From Nitrospiria bacterium (GTDB taxonomy: Bacteria > Nitrospirota > Nitrospiria > JACQCE01): a stretch of 33,544 nt of DNA. Location: positions 1 to 33,544 of the forward strand of contig JBGPIL010000001.1 in the NCBI GenBank assembly GCA_041484905.1, read 5' to 3'. The notes beneath the pieces were generated by a model, which had not been told where the DNA came from, did not search any database, and saw nothing but the letters and a program-made list of their open reading frames with translations. A program made the position numbers and the translations under genes. Below, piece after piece: positions 30,620 through 33,544 of the stretch. Position 1 is the stretch's first letter; each line of letters begins with the position of its first letter.

Positions 30620-33394
30620 GTGAATCGGCAGATCATGAACGCAATCTGGCGGGATCGGCTCTATCCATCCGTGCTGATCGGCATCGGCCTGCTGGTCAGC
30701 ACCGCGCTCTACCTGGTCTTATTCCCCGGTCTTCGCGCGCCCTATCTCACGGTCGTCCTTCTCCATGTCGGGATCGGCCTGTTGCTGCTTCCCTTTCTAT
30801 TTGCCTATCTCTGGTCCCATCTCAAGCTGGTTTTCCCTCGACGGGGAGGTGAACGCGGGATCGGGAGCGGCCTGCTGGCGGCCGTCTGCGTGCTCCTTTG
30901 TGTGATCTTCGGCCTTTCGCTGATCGTGACCGGCGCGACGCGGCCCCACCGGCTGGAACTCTGGCTGCATGAAGCCGGCGGTGTGGGCCTCGTGTTGGGA
31001 CTGGTGCTCCACCTGATGCGACTCTCGCCGGAGAAGCGGCGGGCCGCCCTTTGGGCCGGGCCGTTCAGATGGGCTGTCATGGCCGGAGCGGCCGCCTTCG
31101 TCCTCATCGGGGCGGTTGACGTCACCGTGAGCCGGATCAAAGAGGACGGTGTGGCGCATGCCGATCTTCCTTCCGCCGATTTTTCGCCCTCGCTGGCGGC
31201 GACGGCCTCCGGCGGACTGATCCCGGCCGGGGAGTTGCTCGACCCGAAATTCTGCGGGGGTTGCCATGCCGACGCCTATCACCAATGGGAGACCTCGGCC
31301 CATCATTTCGCCTCGTTCAATAATCCCTTTTATCGCCGAAGCGTGGAATATGCGGCCGAGCGGATCGGCTCGTCGCCGACCAAGTTTTGCGGCGCCTGTC
31401 ACGATCCCTTGCTGCTCTTCTCCGGCCGGATGGATCATCCGATCGATGCGTCTCGTCCGGAAGCGCAGGCGGGGATCACCTGCCAGGTCTGTCACGGGAT
31501 TACTGAGATTCGAGATCTGCGCGGCGACGGCAGTTATACGATCGCGCCGCCGGGCCAATACCCCTTTGCCGGGAGCCGCTCCGCGCTCCTGCGGGGCGTG
31601 CATGATCTGCTGGTGCGATGGAAACCGGGGCCCCACCGGGAGGCAATGCTCAAGCCCCTTCACGCCACGCCGGAATTTTGCTCCACCTGCCACAAGGTGC
31701 ATATTCCAGAGGCGGTCAATCATTTCAAATGGAATCGCGGTCAGGACGAATATGACAACTGGCAGCACAGCGGGGTGTCCGGCAATGCGGTGTTGAGCTG
31801 GGGGCCACCTAATCCGTCGCCGAAGATCTGCCGGGATTGCCACATGCCGCCGGTGGCGTCGAGTGATTTCGGCGCGAAGCGCCGAAATCTGCAGGGGCCA
31901 GGGAAAGACGAGCCCTATACGATCAGAGATCATCGCTTCTTGGCCGCCAACACCGCGCTTCCAACGATCAATGGGAATCATGAACAACTCAACGCGACGG
32001 AAAAGTTTTTACAAGATAAGAAGGTATCCGTCGAAATCGTTGCCCTTGTTCCTTTACCCCTTACGCCTGACGCCTCACGCCTGACGCCTCACGCTCCCTG
32101 CCTCTTGCTCCTTGCCTCTTGCTCCATTCAACCCGGTGAGACCATCGATCTCCATGTGCTGGTCCGCAATCTCGGCGTCGGCCACACCTTTCCGGGCGGA
32201 ACGATTGATTCCAATGAGGCCTGGCTGGAAGTGACGGTTCATGATGCCAGGGGTCGGACCATTTTCCACCATGGCGGAATGGAGCCGGACGGATCGGTCG
32301 ACCCCAAAGCCCATTTCTACAAGGCCGTCCTGCTCGACCGCAGCGCGCAGCTCATCGACAAACGGAACGTCCACGACTGGGTGTCGACGTTCTATGCCCG
32401 CACCATCCCACCGGGGGCGAGCGATGTCGCGCGCTATCGTGTGACCATTCCATCCGATGCCGGTGATCACATCACCGTCGAGGCAACGCTCCATTACCGG
32501 AAATTTATGGACGGCTTCACCAAATTCGTTTTTGCCGGCCAACGCGCGTCCGGCCGGTCCGCTCGGGTGGATCAGTATGTCGACGAGAGCCGGTGGACCT
32601 TTTCCAGCGCGCCGGTTCCCGATCTGCCGATCGTGACGATGGCGGAGAGCCGAACAACGATCCCGGTCAAGGGGCCAGGGGCCGGGGGCCAGGGGCCGGA
32701 GTCAGACCCTTCACCTTTATCCGAAGAGACCGTCAAGGTTCTCAACAACTACGGCATCGGCCTGCTCCAGCAGCAGGATTTGCAAAACGCCTGGACCGTG
32801 TTGGAGCAGGTGACACAAGGGGCGCCGAAATTTGTGGAAGGGTATATCAACCTGGCCAGAGTCCAACTGGCCGATGGCGCGTTGGATGAAGCCGAGGCCA
32901 CGTTACAGCGCGTGCTTGTCCTGGATCCCGACTATCCCAAGGCGCTCTACCTGTTGGGTTCGATCAACCGTCAGCGGGGAAACTATGAGCGGGCGTTGGA
33001 GTTGTTCCGGCGGGTGGCCGCCCGCTATCCCAACGATCGGCTCCTCTGCAACGAGATCGCCCAGCTCTATTACCTGGAGGGGCGCTATCAGGACGCCATC
33101 ACCGAGATCACCCGCGCGCTCGCCATCGATCCCGAAAACCTGGCTGCGCACTATTATCTGATGCTGAGTTATGAAGCGATGGGGGAGAAGGAGAAAGCGC
33201 AGGAAGCCAGGACCCGATATCTCCGCTACAAGCCGACGAATCAGTCACCGAGCTGGCCGGCCGGAATCGTCTCAATCACCAGGAGGCCGATCTCGAAACC
33301 CAGCCGGCGCATGTGCATGAGTAGTCGAGTTCATGGCCTATCAGTTCATAGTTCACAGTTCATCGTTCATAGCAAATTTCTGTATTGGCCGTGA
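30620..33394 (+). CDS. Membrane-anchored multihaem (5 x CXXCH) cytochrome c fused to C-terminal TPR repeats; probable 3' frameshift
   Basis: Start is GTG 30620 or ATG 30635. The N-terminus has about 5 hydrophobic helices carrying His residues. Haem motifs: CGGCH (31253-67), CGACH, CQVCH, CSTCH, CRDCH. About 4 TPRs lie around 32730-33230 (GYINLARVQLADGALDEAEATLQRVLVLDPDYPKALYLLG...). The last ~50 codons of this frame read through repeat copy E (SRVHGLSVHSSQFIVHS). An alternative frame ends at the TAG at 33322-24. Confidence 0.85.
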   Translation: MNRQIMNAIWRDRLYPSVLIGIGLLVSTALYLVLFPGLRAPYLTVVLLHVGIGLLLLPFLFAYLWSHLKLVFPRRGGERGIGSGLLAAVCVLLCVIFGLSLIVTGATRPHRLELWLHEAGGVGLVLGLVLHLMRLSPEKRRAALWAGPFRWAVMAGAAAFVLIGAVDVTVSRIKEDGVAHADLPSADFSPSLAATASGGLIPAGELLDPKFCGGCHADAYHQWETSAHHFASFNNPFYRRSVEYAAERIGSSPTKFCGACHDPLLLFSGRMDHPIDASRPEAQAGITCQVCHGITEIRDLRGDGSYTIAPPGQYPFAGSRSALLRGVHDLLVRWKPGPHREAMLKPLHATPEFCSTCHKVHIPEAVNHFKWNRGQDEYDNWQHSGVSGNAVLSWGPPNPSPKICRDCHMPPVASSDFGAKRRNLQGPGKDEPYTIRDHRFLAANTALPTINGNHEQLNATEKFLQDKKVSVEIVALVPLPLTPDASRLTPHAPCLLLLASCSIQPGETIDLHVLVRNLGVGHTFPGGTIDSNEAWLEVTVHDARGRTIFHHGGMEPDGSVDPKAHFYKAVLLDRSAQLIDKRNVHDWVSTFYARTIPPGASDVARYRVTIPSDAGDHITVEATLHYRKFMDGFTKFVFAGQRASGRSARVDQYVDESRWTFSSAPVPDLPIVTMAESRTTIPVKGPGAGGQGPESDPSPLSEETVKVLNNYGIGLLQQQDLQNAWTVLEQVTQGAPKFVEGYINLARVQLADGALDEAEATLQRVLVLDPDYPKALYLLGSINRQRGNYERALELFRRVAARYPNDRLLCNEIAQLYYLEGRYQDAITEITRALAIDPENLAAHYYLMLSYEAMGEKEKAQEARTRYLRYKPTNQSPSWPAGIVSITRRPISKPSRRMCMSSRVHGLSVHSSQFIVHSKFLYWP
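32059..32121. repeat. Intragenic tandem heptanucleotide array (9 units, 63 nt)
   Basis: CCTTACG CCTGACG CCTCACG CCTGACG CCTCACG CTCCCTG CCTCTTG CTCCTTG CCTCTTG. Translated as LTPDASRLTPHAPCLLLLASC. The unit family is the same as at 1483-1510. Confidence 0.8.
32671..32698. repeat. Intragenic tandem heptanucleotide array (4 units)
   Basis: GGGGCCA GGGGCCG GGGGCCA GGGGCCG. Translated as GPGAGGQGP, in the linker before the TPR region. Confidence 0.75.
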
Positions 33395-33417
33395 ACTATG
33401 AACCATGAACCGTGAAC
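33329..33417 (+). repeat. Heptamer-built inverted-repeat element, copy E
   Basis: Left arm GTTCATG (GCCTATCA) GTTCATA GTTCACA GTTCATC GTTCATA (33329-33371). The 18-nt spacer is GCAAATTTCTGTATTGGC. Right arm CGTGAAC TATGAAC CATGAAC CGTGAAC (33390-33417). Confidence 0.8.
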
Positions 33418-33445
33418 GGCATTAATTATGGTGATTGTAAAAGAT

Positions 33446-33471
33446 TTGACACCAATTTATAGTGGTGTCAA
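33446..33471. promoter_or_regulatory. Perfect 9-bp inverted repeat abutting a start codon (operator- or hairpin-like)
   Basis: TTGACACCA-ATTTATAG-TGGTGTCAA. The last A is the A of the ATG at 33471. It lies in an AT-rich segment. Confidence 0.4.
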
Positions 33472-33544
33472 TGAAGCTCTCGACCTTTGAGTTCGTCGGG
33501 AAAACTGAAAATCGAGCCCGATTGTTCTTTAAAAAAGCGTGTTC
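33471..33544 (+). CDS. Possible 5' end of an ORF running off the right edge
   Basis: ATG AAG CTC TCG ACC TTT GAG TTC GTC GGG AAA ACT GAA AAT CGA GCC CGA TTG TTC TTT AAA AAA GCG TGT encodes MKLSTFEFVGKTENRARLFFKKAC.... Only 24 codons are visible and I recognise no homology. Confidence 0.2.
   Translation, partial: MKLSTFEFVGKTENRARLFFKKAC

Noticed and set aside
1-33544. rRNA or tRNA genes, transposases or integrases, prophage genes, and known defence systems.
   Set aside because: None of the long ORFs shows motifs of these classes, and no cloverleaf-like or rRNA-like segments were seen. The only mobile-like features are the non-coding heptamer elements.

Overview
GC-rich bacterial chromosomal window. 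I saw no rRNA, tRNA, transposase or CRISPR array; almost every gene encodes an exported or envelope protein. All product calls rest on motif recognition by eye, and I do not know the function of the cluster.

Gene order, left to right:
- The 3' end of a Cys-rich ORF.
- Two tandem FGE-sulfatase-fold (SUMF1/PvdO-like) genes on the + strand.
- A 7-gene minus-strand block: a CRTAC1-like FG-GAP/ASPIC protein, then four tandem PD40/TolB-like beta-propeller lipoproteins, then two small paralogous secreted proteins.
- Divergently, a second CRTAC1-like gene translationally coupled to a third FGE-fold lipoprotein.
- A four-helix-bundle (23S rRNA-IVS/Avd family) gene interrupted by an in-frame TAA.
- A ~570-nt non-coding leader.
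- A 5,485-aa surface protein gene with PATR beta-strand repeats, IPT/TIG arrays, 2 LamG domains, propeller-like repeats, a Gly-rich module and 4 FN3 domains.
- A small FN3 protein.
- A membrane-anchored pentahaem cytochrome c-TPR fusion.

Most unusual observations:
1. The leader of the giant gene has a near-consensus sigma70 promoter. It is followed by a 100-nt element that I can fold by hand into a GEMM-I-type cyclic-dinucleotide riboswitch, then a U7 tract. The element has A at the Vc2 G20-equivalent position, which is the GEMM-Ib/cGAMP signature.
2. A family of heptamer-built inverted-repeat elements, (GTTCAYR)4-6 - GCAA..TTGGC - (YRTGAAC)4-7, sits exactly at the stop codons of four + strand genes. 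There are also two half copies.
3. Other tandem heptanucleotide arrays occur between genes and inside coding regions.
4. The cytochrome ORF appears to carry a 1-nt frameshift near its 3' end.
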